A stretch of 64,000 nucleotides of DNA from Eledone cirrhosa (GCA_964016885.1 OZ024740.1:266848001-266912000), one strand, 5' to 3'. Positions 27,044-42,533 are shown, counted from the first letter of the stretch. Program-made: numbers and translations. The notes: a model not told the origin generated them from the letters alone.

Positions 27044-28137
27044 GCGTGTGTGTGTGTGCGTGCGCGCGTGTATGTGTGTGTGTGGAGTTGAATGTTCTAT
27101 ATATAGAAATGACTTCGTGACTAGAACTAATTAATTCGAGAGATACAAACACACCACACACAGATGCATGCGCACATATACATACACAAACGCACATGAA
27201 ATACACTCTGCCGCTCGGGGCTCGCACTTACGGGTAGACAACTCTGCTCTATAGTAGGTAGGGATGGGACCGGGTACCAAGAACACCGGAAGTCTCCACT
27301 GTCACAGCCTTGACCACTATATTTCTTAACCCTTTCTTCCTAACATAAATCCTCGAGATGTTTGTTCGTTAGTTGTGTTATTATCTTTGCTGCTGTCAGG
27401 GTGGTGGATTGGCAGTATCAGTTTAGCGTGGGACAACATGCTTCGTGGCATAGAGTTACAGCCGTTTACGTCCTGAGTTCAAATCCCGACGAGGTTAGCT
27501 TTGTCTATCATCCTTACGGGGTCAATAAGATTAAGTCCCAAACGTATTAGGGGCGATTTAATACCCCCCCCCCCCCCCTCCACCCCACCCCCCAAAAGAT
27601 TGTTGACATTGTGCCTCAATTAGAAACCCTTATTGTTGTTGCTGTTGTTGTGTTGTTTCTGGTATGCATCTCCCTTACCATCCTCCGGGAAACGCCTTCT
27701 CCATTCTGTCCGCCGGGGCTGTGAGGAGGCCAGCACGTTGGACCCCATTTGCTCACCATACAGAGAGATGGGAAGGGTGAGAGATATGGAGGCGATGACA
27801 GTGGGAGTTCGACTCTTCCGCGTTCGGACCATATCCTTGTGGTTGTGTTATTATCTATAGAGTTCATTCTATTATTCAGTTCTCAATAGTAATGCAGGAT
27901 TTGAAAGAGATTAATTGCTATTACTAGAGGGTCCCTTGTTTTTATTGCAGGAGTAGTTAAGGTTGTTGTAATCATTTTTTTTATATCATTGTCGTTAATT
28001 TGTTGTAGTTAAGGTTATTGTTAATGTTGTTGACTGTAGCTGTCTTGTAGAATTGAAGATTGGGATTCCAACTGGAAATTTAAAATCTGAATTTTTGAGA
28101 ATTATTTGTTGTCAGATCCTGAAAATCATACAAGTGT

Positions 28138-28182
<45 letters not shown>

Positions 28183-28384
28183 TGAATACATGTATATATA
28201 CATACACATACACACTCACATATGCATACATAAGTACGTATCTATATAAGAGTAAATATTTATATGTATATATATATAAAAATATATATATATATATATA
28301 GATATATATATATATATATATATATATAACACACACATATATATATATGTATATATATGTATATGTGTGTATATATATATATTA

Positions 28385-28461
<77 letters not shown>

Positions 28462-28602
28462 GAGTAATGTTATCTCATTCTGCCCGCGATTACCGAGTTC
28501 TCTGCATATACGTTTTATAATTTTTTTATTGTATTTTTTTTATATAATTCACATTTGTAAGGTTTGAATTAAGCATATATATATAACTATTTATACATAC
28601 AT

Positions 28603-28723
<121 letters not shown>

Positions 28724-28964
28724 TGTATATATATGTGTGAGTGTGTGTGTGTGTGTATGTTTTATGTGCGTGTGTTTGTATATATATATGTATCTATATA
28801 TGTGTATATGTATATATTTATATGTATATATATGTGTATATAGATATGAATGTATACACACACACACACGCAGGCATATAGTAGGTAAGCAGAAATATTA
28901 ACACAATCGGTACAGTGAATGGAAGGCATATATTAGGTTAACGCTTGAAATAGCAGGAAAAGGG

Positions 28965-29000
28965 TCTTAACGTTTCGGACGCTAGTCCTTCATCAGAAGA
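28965..29000 (-). ncRNA. Minimal type-I hammerhead ribozyme motif
   Basis: Minus strand: tctt CTGATGA a GGAC tagc GTCC GAAAC GTT aaga. Stem I tctt/aaga, palindromic ACGT stem III. Lies in a ~210-bp repeat also found at 41545-41735 and ~14100-14200. Confidence 0.8.
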
Positions 29001-29090
29001 AAGAATGAGAAATAAGATAGATTGAAGGTGGGCGGGGTGGAATTGGAAAACAATATCTTTAGATAAAAATAACAGGTCATGTTGACATCT

Positions 29091-29126
<36 letters not shown>

Positions 29127-29501
29127 GCATTCATCGTTGCATACATACTTACATTCATACTTACATACATACAAACAAACATACATACATACACACATAC
29201 ACACATACACACATACATACATATTCATGTGTATTTCGAATGTGCAAGCATATAACTGAAAGTAACAGTTTATATATATTCATATACATTCATCTACCTT
29301 ATTACTCCAGTTATAAGGTTGACATTAGATTTATAGTAAAGAACGCGTACACTCTCACATACCTATACATATATATGCATATAAATATATATGTGTCTTT
29401 GCATGTGTGTATGTATGTATGTATGTATGTATGTATGTATGTATGTATGTATGTATGTATGTATGTATGTATGTATGTATGTATGTATGTATGTATGCAG
29501 T

Positions 29502-29752
29502 GAAGGACCCCTAGCCTTTGTCAGGGCATTCTTCTAGGAGAAGGCAACTCAGGAAATTGGGATAACTCCGATATAAAACCTGCGGCTCAGTAGTTACCGA
29601 TGATGTTGATCTTTTCTTCTTTTCGGGTTATAGCTACTGTCGCTCAGAGAGTAGGATTGGCTCAGTGCACAGTCTTCCCTCACTTTAAAAAGTATCTTCA
29701 CGCACAGGCTATCGTGCAATGGCCATACTCGATAACGAGGGGGCAGCCATCA
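29502..29752 (+). mobile_element. Shorter subfamily of the RTE-derived element (inverse copy at 21072-21360)
   Basis: tagcctttgtcagggcattcttctaggagaagg...ggccatactcgataacgagggggcagccatcat, flanked by microsatellites. Confidence 0.7.
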
Positions 29753-29785
29753 TATATATATATGCATGTATGCACGCACGCGCAC

Positions 29786-29881
<96 letters not shown>

Positions 29882-29883
29882 AC

Positions 29884-29960
<77 letters not shown>

Positions 29961-30139
29961 CTGGTGGCTTAGTTTGGATCTAGCTGTCGAAACGGCCGGA
30001 GCTCAGCCGTCGGGGTCCTGTATCTTTTCACACACACACACACACAAATACACACACCCATATATATATATATACTGGTGGTTTAGTTTGGATCTAGCTG
30101 TCGAAACGGCCGGAGCTCAGCCGTCGGGGTCCTGAATCT

Positions 30140-30206
<67 letters not shown>

Positions 30207-30779
30207 AAAAACCAACACCATTATTATTATTATTATATGCCTTTCGTCTTTCATCAAACCCCTTGGGAACCCCAACTTCATAGGCAGTGCCCAAATCTTT
30301 ACCATCACTTGCAATGCCAGAACCCCAGACGATATATTGAGTCTCTGAGATCAGGGGCTGATCTGAGGCCAATTAACAGGCTTCACCTCGCAACCAATTG
30401 CTTGAGAAAACTTACAAAAAACCATTATTATTATTATCAATCTCATTATGCTTTCTTTATTAACCACAAGGGTTTACATAAAGTAGACATTAAGGGCAGT
30501 ACAGGACAATACAGGACGGTACAAATGGGCATTTCTGCGTGTAAAAAACAAAAAACAGAGGATGTAACAAAAAAAAACAATGAAAAATTCCCCAATACGG
30601 GGGAGACTTCCGAGGGACATTCGTGGAGAAAGCCCATTAAAAAGCCACAGTGACCCTGACCAACAGGGCAAGTGCCCTCTCCCAGTTTTCCACCTTTAAT
30701 TTACAGACACATACTCAGAGTAGGCTCATTCACTCGGGTATTATCAACCTCATTATAATCTGTATCATCATTATTATCC

Positions 30780-31616
30780 GGATTGGCACTATCGGTAGAG
30801 AGTCGGACGCCATGCTTTGAGGCAAAGAGTTATGTCCCTTTCCATTCTGAGTTCAAATCCCGTCGAGGTTAACTTTGCCTTTCATCCTTACGGGGTCGAT
30901 AAAATAAAGTACCAGTAATGCACTGGATAATTGCTGGCCTTGTGCCAAAAGTAGAAACAATTATTATTATTATCAACCTCATTATTATCTGGATTGGCAG
31001 TATCGGTAGACGGTCGGACGGCATTCTTTGTAGCATAGAGTTACGTCCCTTTATGATCTGAGTTCAAATCCCGCCGAGGTTAACTTTGCCTTTCATCCTT
31101 ATGGGGTCGATAAAATAAAGTACCAGTCACGCACTGGGGTCGATTTAATCGACTTTCCCCCCAAAAAAATGTATTGGCCTTGTGCCTATATAAGAAACCA
31201 TTATAATCTGTATCATAATTATTATCTGGATCGGAGGTGGATTGGCAGTATCGGTAGACGGTCGGACGCCATGCTTTGCAGCAAAGAGTTACGGCCCTTT
31301 ATGGTCTGAGTTCAAATCCCGCCGAGGTTAACTTTGCCTTTCATCCTTATGGGGGTCGATAAAATAAAGTACCAGTAATACACTGTATAATTGCTGGCCT
31401 TGTCCCAAAAGTAGAAACAATTATTATCTGGATCGACAGTATCAGTAGAGGGTCGGACGCCATGTTTTGCAGCATAGAGTTACGTCCTTTTCGGTTTGAG
31501 TTCAAATCCCGCTGATGTTAGCTTTACCTTTCATCCTTACGGGGTCGATAAAATAAAGTACCAGTAACGCACTGGAATAATTGCTGGCCTTGTGCCAGAA
31601 GTAGAAACAATTATTA
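30780..31616 (+). mobile_element. Four head-to-tail major SINE copies
   Basis: Four gattggcagtatcggtaga...agaaacaattatt units with short shared spacers. Confidence 0.9.
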
Positions 31617-31779
31617 TCAGGCAACATAGAGAACAGCGCTGTGTCTACCAGTTAATACGTGTGCGCATGCGTAACTCTTTGTCTTGGACACGTGCATCTA
31701 TAATGTAGTTCAGGCGTGACACATTGTATGATAAGTCTCAGCTTTTGAATTACAGGTACAAATTATTTTCATCAATTAT

Positions 31780-31895
31780 GTCGATTGGGACAACGTAAAA
31801 TAAAGTATCTTGCTCAAGGACACAACGTGCCCCCAGGAATCGAACTCACGTTCTTACGATTGTGATAAGAATGTTCTAACCAATATGCTACTCAG
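31780..31895 (-). mobile_element. Second tRNA-derived SINE family (also 56720-56830, +)
   Basis: B box gagttcgattcct followed by tgtccttgagcaaga. Confidence 0.6.
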
Positions 31896-32818
31896 CTTGA
31901 CTCTATGACATAATACTTAACACAAACACACATAAACTCTCACACACAGACATACACACTCACACATTCGCTAACACACACACACACACATACACTCACA
32001 CACACTCACTAACACACACACAAATACACTCTCACACAGATATACACTCACACATACATTCACACACAGACACACATACACTCACACGCACACACACATA
32101 CACTCACACACTCACACACACATCCACTCACACATCCACTCACACATCCACTCACACACACACACTCACACACACACACATACATCCACAGACACATACA
32201 CTCACACACACAAACCTATTGAAGTAGAAACCATTCGGTATTATTTTTATGATGTTTTCAAATACTGCTCCTTTATATCTCCTGTTGCTTTCTTGATATT
32301 TTTACTTTCCAGAATTATCTTATACTGCTTGTTCGTACACATAGCAACTTCATTACAGCATAGCTTATGTTCGACCTGGTCAAATGGCTATCAAACAGCA
32401 CTCATCGTTTCGTGTATTTAATGATCGATATGTGATCTATATAGATCACAGATCACACATAGAACTTAGAATAAATCTTCGATGATATATGATATTTGAT
32501 ATGTGATTGTGTGTTCTTTGATGCATTCTGTACAATTAAACCCCTCCACAACCACCACGTAATATCATCAAGTGTACTACACCATCATTTTTTTGTTCTC
32601 GTGTCGGTATCTCAAACATCTACGATATATTATATTAGAACAGGTACATTGCTGGTGCTCTCGCAATCCTTACACCTATTTTCTGTCGATATCTTACGCA
32701 TACCCATGCGTGTATAATTGCATAGATAAATGCATGCATACATACGCATACACACATATGTACGTGTATGTATATATATACATACATATATATATATATA
32801 TACATATATATGTGTGTG

Positions 32819-32935
<117 letters not shown>

Positions 32936-33757
32936 CCCACTACATGCCTTCAGATATATACACATACATATACGCACATATACATAGGCATATATATATT
33001 TCAATAATTGTGTGTGTGTGTGTGCATGCATTTATGTATGTATGTAATTATACATGCGCATATGTATACGCAAGGTATCGCCAGAATATATATATATAAA
33101 GACACGCAGTTATACACACATATTGATATGCATGCGTTTGTACATGCACATGAATATAAAGCGTGCACATTCGTATTTGTGCATTAATAATGCAGAACGC
33201 TTAATGTGGAATATATATTGCATGTGTTGCAGCGCAGAACATTGAATGCAGATTAAAGAAAATAGTACATAAGGTGAAAGCTATAAATATTGGGGTTTAA
33301 AGTTCGCCATGTTGTGGCGTAGATGGGTTATGTGGAATGAATGGGTTGGGTTGCAAATATTCCGTATGCAATGAACACTACAAGAAGTATGCTATATGGA
33401 TCTATATGTTTATGTGTGTACGTGTGTATGTATTTTTGCCAATAGAGAGAGAGCCGGTTTCTAACATAGACACAAGACTCTCTCATTGGAATTTACTCAA
33501 CATCAACTAGGTAGATATGTATGCATGTCTGCATGCATGCATCTGTGTGTGCAGGTATGGATGTTATTGTATGTGTGGATGTGCATCTTTGGAGTTGTAT
33601 ATGTGCATGTGAATATGCTTTGTATCTGTACAAGTGTATATGCAGTTATTAGATGCAGAATTTTTGGAATGTTTTACATATTTTTTACTGTTCTATTAAT
33701 GGATTGTACTTGTATGTATATATGTATGTATGTATGTTGTATGTATGTGTGTATGTA

Positions 33758-33816
<59 letters not shown>

Positions 33817-34060
33817 CTGTGTGTGTGTGTCTGTGTGTGTTTATGTGTACAGCGCGTGGGTATACATGTGAAAAATATATGCGTGTGCATGTATGTGTAT
33901 ATATATACATATGTAAGTATGTATATATATATTTATATATATATATACATATATATATACATATATATATTTATATATATATTTATATATATATACATAT
34001 ATGAATATATATATATATATATGTTTATATATATATATATGTTTATATATATATATATAT

Positions 34061-34124
<64 letters not shown>

Positions 34125-34141
34125 ATATATATACATATTCA

Positions 34142-34234
<93 letters not shown>

Positions 34235-34239
<5 letters not shown>

Positions 34240-34492
34240 GTGAGGTTTTTTTTACAAATTGAAAAATAACCGAGGTGTCCTACACGAGTGAAAGTATAAA
34301 GAAAAAGAGATGAAATCGAAAATGCAACTGGAGTCTTATTTTTTAAAAAAATATATATATTTATTTGGCTCCTTTACCGGTTTCGCAGTTCTTCTGCTTT
34401 TCAGAAGAACTGCGAAACCGGTAAAGGAACCAAATAAATATATATATTTAAAAAAAAAAAATAAGACTCCAGTTGCATTTTCGATTTCATCT

Positions 34493-34500
<8 letters not shown>
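34235..34500 (-). mobile_element. Fold-back element (~98-bp arms, 34300-34500) with a hammerhead motif at the apex
   Basis: Near-perfect palindrome. Minus strand 34407-34371 reads ctt CTGAAAA GCAG aagaa CTGC GAAAC CG GTA aagg. Confidence 0.8.
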
Positions 34501-34577
<77 letters not shown>

Positions 34578-34729
34578 ATATATATGGCATGACCACAGCT
34601 TAAAACGTTCATAGCAATACTTAATCCCGCCAAGGTTAACTTTGCCTTTCATCCTTACGGGGTCGATAAAATAAAGTACCAGTAATGTACTGGGTAATTG
34701 CTGGCCTTGTGCCAATAGTAGAAACAATT

Positions 34730-35500
34730 ATATGGATATGTCACAAACTACACAGATTCTGCATAGTTGGAAAATTAGGTGAACGGCTTCATGTCTTCTT
34801 AAAAGACAGAAGCCAGGCTGTTGCAGCTAACGGGGCCGTCTCATAGGAAATATCAATAACAAGTAGTGACCACTACTGTTTTTGGTAACTTTTTCAGACA
34901 TGTCCTATGTAGTACATACAACATCCCTCAATAGTTATGCTGATGATACAAAGGTGGCACAGGCAATCTAGAACCTGGTTGATGCTACTCTTTTACAACA
35001 AGATCTGGATGCCATATACAAATGGACTGATGACAAAACCATCCAATTTAATGTTGGGAAATTTCAAGCCCTACTATATCAACCTGCAAACACAAGGGCA
35101 GTACAACAAAGCTGCACCTGAGCAGGAGGGATGGAAATCCCCGTGTCGAAATCGATACGAAATCTGGATATAGACATGAGCGATGATGCATCGTTTCATT
35201 GACATATTATGAAAATGGTGACAATGTACAGACGAATCGATGGCTGGATCTTGAGGACTTTCAGGATAGGAGACCGAGAAACCATGTTGGTACTATGGAG
35301 GACATTTGTCCTAAGCTGACAGGAGTATTTCTCCCAGGTGTGGTCACCCCATAGTGTCAAACTAACCCCGGAGCTTGAAGCAATCCAACGAAGCTACATC
35401 AAGAGGATTGCCACGATGAAGGAGATGAACTATCAAGAGAGGCTAAAAAACTAAAAGTCTACTCCCTGGAACGAAGACGGGCGGTTACGCAGTGATATAC
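34730..35500 (+). mobile_element. Degenerate CR1/L2-group LINE RT fragment
   Basis: Frames contain YADDTK (tatgctgatgatacaaag), LQQDLDAIYKW and WSP..LEAIQR. Confidence 0.75.
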
Positions 35501-35821
35501 ATACTTCCATATACATCTCTATTATGAACCACACCATGTTAGTGATACTGCTAATTAATTTTAATGTGGGTCAATTTAATCAACTTTCCTTTCCCCAAAA
35601 ATTGTTCGGCATTGGGCCTAAATCAAATACCATCAATATCAACGTCTCTAAAGCATTCGCCATTATACAAAAGTAGCGCTAATGATATATCTTCCTCAGG
35701 TTGCGCTCTCCCATTAAATCATCCCATTCACAATGGGATACCAACTTGTTTAACCACAGGACAACAAGAATCCGGATTATGTTTTGTATGCAGGTGTCTG
35801 TGACAGCCGTGTGGTATGCAC

Positions 35822-36008
35822 CAGGCATGTCAAACTGAGGGTCCCCCGAGGACCACATGGGTCACATATGTGTTGTCTGAGGGCCACACACGACAACTAA
35901 TTGCGCACATTAGAACTAATTTTACGAAAATAAAACATACTCACGTTGTAAAAACTTTTGTGTGGGCAGCAGGTGTGCTTGTAAAGGGTCCCATGTTTGA
36001 CATGCCTG
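35822..36008. mobile_element. hAT-like MITE
   Basis: TIR caggcatgtcaaac / gtttgacatgcctg. No clear TSD. Confidence 0.65.
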
Positions 36009-36215
36009 ATCTAACACCAGTGCTTTTTAATCCAATCTTCCTGTGTATCACCAGCTTTCTACAAAAATAACATCAAAGAAAAGAGCAGTGTGGCAGTGGA
36101 CTTCAGATGAAATGGCGACCTCTAAAACATCAAGAGAGTCAGTTCACTCATCTACAAATTCTGTAAACAGTGGTTCCTGATATATATGTATATGCACACA
36201 CACACACGCACACAC

Positions 36216-37153
<938 letters not shown>

Positions 37154-37296
37154 TTATACTAGTATGTGTGTGTATGCCTGTGTATGTGCATGTATGTGTG
37201 TGTGTATGTGTTTTTGTTTATGTGTATGTGAGTGTATATGTGTGTCTGTATGTGTATGTGAGTGTATATGTGTGTCTGTATGTGTATGTGAGTGTA

Positions 37297-37824
37297 TGTC
37301 AGGTCGCTCTCGAGTGTTACTGGTAACATGTAACCCAGTACAAGCTGTCTCATGGTCGGGTCGTCGGTGACTAAACTGGCAACCCCACCAAGCATGCTTG
37401 CCGAAGAGGGTGATATTTGGAAACACCCTACGGGATGAAATACAAGACCCAGCAAAGGGCGGAGCTCGGCAGAGTTAATGGCCATCCAAATACTACTTTT
37501 TTTTTTTTACCTGGGAGTGAAAGGCCCCAGTTGTTGTCACACCTTTCTAGGAGAGGGAAACTCTGAAAAAAAACAAAAAAACCTGCGGCTTCGGAAGCAT
37601 CCGATGATGTTGACCAGTTCTCCTTTTCAGGTAGTGTTTTCGATGCTCAGAAGTGGGATTGGTCGAGTGCAAGGCATTTCTCCCTGAAAAAACCTTCAAA
37701 GCACAGGCATTGCTTGTTCAGGATCTGTTATAGGTTCGTGTGGCTGGCCGTAACCTAAAAGTGCACCATTTTCTGTAACGTGACAAGCGATTGCGATACT
37801 CTTAGCAGAGTTTGCAGCCATCAT
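37297..37824 (+). mobile_element. Diverged relative of the bipartite RTE-derived element
   Basis: 5' gtcaggtcg...tctcatggtcgggtcgtcggtgactaaactggcaacccc, 3' gagtttgcagccatcat. Confidence 0.65.
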
Positions 37825-38230
37825 GGGAGTGAACATGTGTGCTTGTAGCTTGTATGTGTATGTGGATGTGAATCTGAATGTGTGTGTAAACGAGATATGC
37901 ACTGACGATGTAAATTATTCTCTTCTCACTAAGTTGAGAAAACTGCTATTTTAGTGTCTGTCAAATGACAACATGTGATTTTCTGTTTTTTTTCAATGGT
38001 TTCAGTGATTGATATATATGAATATGTGAAGTGAAATGATTGCAGCGTTCCAGATAATGCTACATTGACAAACAAACAACAACAGCAAAAACAAACAAAC
38101 AAACAAAGGGACAAATAAACAAGCAAAAAGCCAAATAAAAAACACATAAACAAACAAAATAAAAATAACAACGAATAAATAAATAACGATAAAATAACTA
38201 AAATGATGTAGAACAGTGTAAGACTTTGTA

Positions 38231-38275
<45 letters not shown>

Positions 38276-38544
38276 AGACAAAAGTGAAATTATCGGTGAA
38301 TGAAACCTCCTACACATCAGAATGTTGCGCTTATATATATATAAATGGTTTTGTAAATTAGTCTGCAATTGCATAATATTCTCGTTTCCGGCATCAATTC
38401 TTTTCCCAGTCACTGCTCTATAGGAGCACCAGTTCTGATAATAGTTACTAAATATGGTGAGTCAGATTAGTATTTAGTACGGCCGATCAACTGATACTGT
38501 TACTTCTCATTTACTTAGGAACTCGTTGTCTACCGGTATCATTA

Positions 38545-38597
<53 letters not shown>

Positions 38598-38702
38598 TTT
38601 TTTTTTTTTTTTTCGTTTCATTTCCATCTTATTTTATCTTCCGGCCGGGTCTCAACCAGAGACCTAAGGCACTTATTATTATTATTATTATTATCATTAG
38701 AT

Positions 38703-38890
38703 GGCGGTGGATTGGCAGTATCGGTAGAGGGTCGGACGCTATGCTTTCCAGCATAGTTACGTCCCTTTACGATCTGAGTTCAAATCCCGCCGAGGTTAAC
38801 TTTGTCTTTCATCCTTACGGGGTCGATAAAATAAAGTACCAGTAATACACTGGGATAATTGCTGGCCTTGTGCCTAAAATAGAAACAATT
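38703..38890 (+). mobile_element. Major SINE, full length
   Basis: Complete head, core and (ATT)n tail. Confidence 0.9.
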
Positions 38891-38980
38891 ATTATTATTA
38901 TTATTATTGTTATTATTACTATTATTTGTTATCATTGTCATCACTTTTATTCTCTACATTTTTGCAGGCAATCACTTCCG

Positions 38981-39061
<81 letters not shown>

Positions 39062-39963
39062 GTCTGTTGTATATATAAATATATATATGCACATATGCAA
39101 ATACATACATATATTTGAAACTTTGTGCATGCACACACAAATTCGTTACCTCTCTTTCTTTTTCTACCTCGCGTACACAGACAGCCACACATCCACCCAC
39201 ACACAATCACACACATATACGCTTATAATAGTCTGCAGAATAACTGTGTCTATATGTATGAACTCTCAATCAAATCTGTGGGATTTTCATATGCAGGAAG
39301 TTAGTTGGCCTAGATGTAACTGACGTCAAAATGGCCGTTTTTAACTTTAGTTTTTATACCGCCAGGAGGAGCAGTAGTGACGACTATGAAATAATAAACT
39401 TAAAGATTTGGGGGGGGGGGAAAGGGACTTTATTAAGTCCTACTTCACCAGAAGCAAATCTATTTCAAATTATTTAGATCGACATCAACTAACATATCTA
39501 TATCTAGATATATTAAAAATGGTCAATTTGTATATTTATGATGACAGAAAAAAAATTGTCAATAGGCAAGAGAGCAAATAAACATAAAAGTCATCATAAA
39601 ACAGATGAACTGACTATGTCCAAAATGGAGATCAATGAGGACAGCTTCACGTAATCGGGGAAAAGAGAACAACCTAGAGAGATAAGGCGGATACGTTTAT
39701 AGACGTTACACAGAAAAGAGTGGTACAGGATATGACCAACTGAGAGCAGTATGGAGAGGCCTTTACCCTACAGTGTTTAGATGATGGTGTGATATTGATG
39801 ATATTGTTGTTTAGACTTAGTTCAGCTCTGATATTGAACAGTCTTTCCAATCATAAACATTTTATTTATGCTTTTAAATACAATGTGTCTAGAAGTACAA
39901 TATCCAATGTAACTAGGGTCTATTATCCATAAAGCTAATTAGGCCAGAGCCTAGAAGCACCAC

Positions 39964-40026
<63 letters not shown>

Positions 40027-40492
40027 GTTCAAGAGTAACCAATCTTAAAGAGAGAGATGGAGATAGTAGAGGAGATATGAGAGGAGAGATTGGTGAGTTA
40101 GTTAGAAGCCGAAGCGTAAAGGCATGTGCTCAATGTGCAATATGCAGTAGAAAGCAGCTAGGTGGCTGGGTTCATGCAGAAGTTAGGTGCGCAGAGCTGG
40201 AAATATTCATTAGTTAAGCAAAAACAAGACCACAAACTTCACAAGGAAGACATTATTAAAAGATTGTCAACATATTTAGTTTGATGTAAGGAATGTAGAG
40301 AATAATATTAATAATATTAATAATAATAATAATATTAATAATAATAATGTCCGTTTACAATTGTTTCGCTACTCCATATAATATTTCTGGATCAGATGAC
40401 TATATATCATAATTGATCTGGTTCAGTTGAAAATAATTAACATATTTAAAAAACAGAGTGGCTCATCGGAACTTCAAAAGAATATAAATTAA

Positions 40493-40680
40493 AATAATTG
40501 TTTCTACTTTAGGCACAAGGCCAGCAATTACCCAGTGCATTACTGGTACTTTATTTTATCGACCCCGTAAAGATGAAAGGCAAAGTCAACCTCGGCGGGA
40601 TTTGAACTCAAATCGTAAAGGGACGTAACTATGCTGGAAAGCATGGCTTCCGACCCTCTACCGATACTGCCAATCCACTA
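40493..40680 (-). mobile_element. Major SINE, full length
   Basis: Reverse complement of the SINE consensus. Confidence 0.9.
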
Positions 40681-40902
40681 AAATAATGGGATAATGTTAC
40701 ATAATATAATGTTCCATATATTGGTTTATACTATGGTGTCTTGGTTGCATCAGCTGACATCCATAATCAAGCAGTATTCATCTGTCGAGGCTGCATTGTG
40801 TGAGATCTGCCTATGGGTAACAAGATGGCTGCCAAAGGGCATATTTACCTTACTAATTAGAGGGCGGTTTCAGGGGAAGTAACTTCTCGAGAGATTAGAG
40901 AT

Positions 40903-41401
40903 TGTGAGTATTTATAGTTAAGTGCTAGTTTTTAAATTGTTTAATTGAGAGACAATGTAGGGCAGGTAACTTATAATTATCGAGTTGTTCATAGAAATTT
41001 AACTTATTAGCTACAAGTAGAAATGGGGCTGCATGACTAAGTTGGGTAAAAAATTAAACAACGTTCAACACTCACTAAAATGGGATATCGTGACTAGGGC
41101 CCAATCGTTCAATGGACGAAGAAAATCTTGTGATCTCTGTGTTACGGAAGCATATTACATAACTTTATCACGACCTCTACCGATTAACGATAGAACGGAG
41201 GTAACCATTAGCTGTCAACATCGAAGGGCTAATTCCTTCGCCAATAGAATTTTGGACCCAACTTAGTCATGTAGCCCCATTTCTACTTGTAGCTAATAAG
41301 TTAAATTGCTATGAACAACTCGATAATTATAAGTTACCTCCCCTACATTGTCTCTCAATAAAAAAATTTAAAAACTAGCACTTAACTATAAATACTCACA
41401 T
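40903..41401 (+). mobile_element. 5'-truncated Penelope-like element: GIY-YIG C-terminus flanked by an inverted copy of its own 3' end
   Basis: ORF LKWDIVTRAQSFNGRRKSCDLCVTEAYYI...INDRTEVTISCQHR resembles the PLE endonuclease C-terminus (W..CxLCxxE..N.R.E...CRH). 40903-41047 is the reverse complement of 41256-41401. Confidence 0.8.
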
Positions 41402-41605
41402 GTCGAAAGCTTGAATACTCGAATGTCGAAAGCCTGAATACCAGACAGAATTAAATCCAGCGCTCGTACTATTTTGCCAGTATTATATATATGTTCCAAG
41501 AGATGGCAACAGGAATGAATCTGTTATTTTTCTCTAAAAGTATATTTTCGGATTCTGCCCTGTCCGTCCCTTCAATCTTTCTAATTTCTCTAATTTCTCA
41601 TTCTT

Positions 41606-41641
41606 TCTTCTGATAAAGGACAGGCGTCCGAAACGTTAAGA
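41606..41641 (+). ncRNA. Hammerhead motif, core-mutated copy (CTGATAA)
   Basis: tctt CTGATAA a GGAC aggc GTCC GAAAC GTT aaga. Homolog of 28965-29000. Confidence 0.6.
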
Positions 41642-41833
41642 ACCTTTTCCTGCTATTTCTTAGCGTTAGACTAATATATTCCTTCCATATATTGTACCGA
41701 TTGTGTTGTTATTTCAGTTTACCTTTTACTTACAAACATACACACACACGCATATATATATGAAACATTCAGGACCCAAGTATCGAGTACTCTGGTGAGT
41801 AATGATCAAACTGGTTTTTTACCGCCTCCATTC

Positions 41834-41923
<90 letters not shown>

Positions 41924-42330
41924 GTGCCAACAACATAAGCTACTACTTTATTTATTGACCATTCTCGAAAGGATGTAGTGCAAAGTTGGTATTGGTTAGA
42001 TTTGAACTCAGTGTACAGAAATCCGGAACAAATATCGCCAACATTCTCGTATGTGATGTTCTAACCACTCTTCCAGTTCGTTGCCTTCATTTCTTACTAT
42101 GTCACCGATGGTATAAACTGATAATATATTTTATTTACATTAGAAAAATATAAGAATATGTTCCCACGCTTTCGTAAAATTCGCGGGACCATTTTCCCAC
42201 TTCAGTTGCAGATTTGACAGCAACAACGTTCATTTTTCACCACAGCTGTTTGGTTACATTTATCATTTGAAGCTTCCTAGAATATTACAGTATTTGAAAA
42301 ACTAATTTCTTGTATAAATATACAAAAAAG

Positions 42331-42389
<59 letters not shown>

Positions 42390-42471
42390 TCTTTTCCTGT
42401 GTGCTTGCTTGTAAAATGATTATATGCTTACCAGACCAGTGCTGTGGCTTTACAACACTTCATAAACAGCA

Positions 42472-42533
<62 letters not shown>

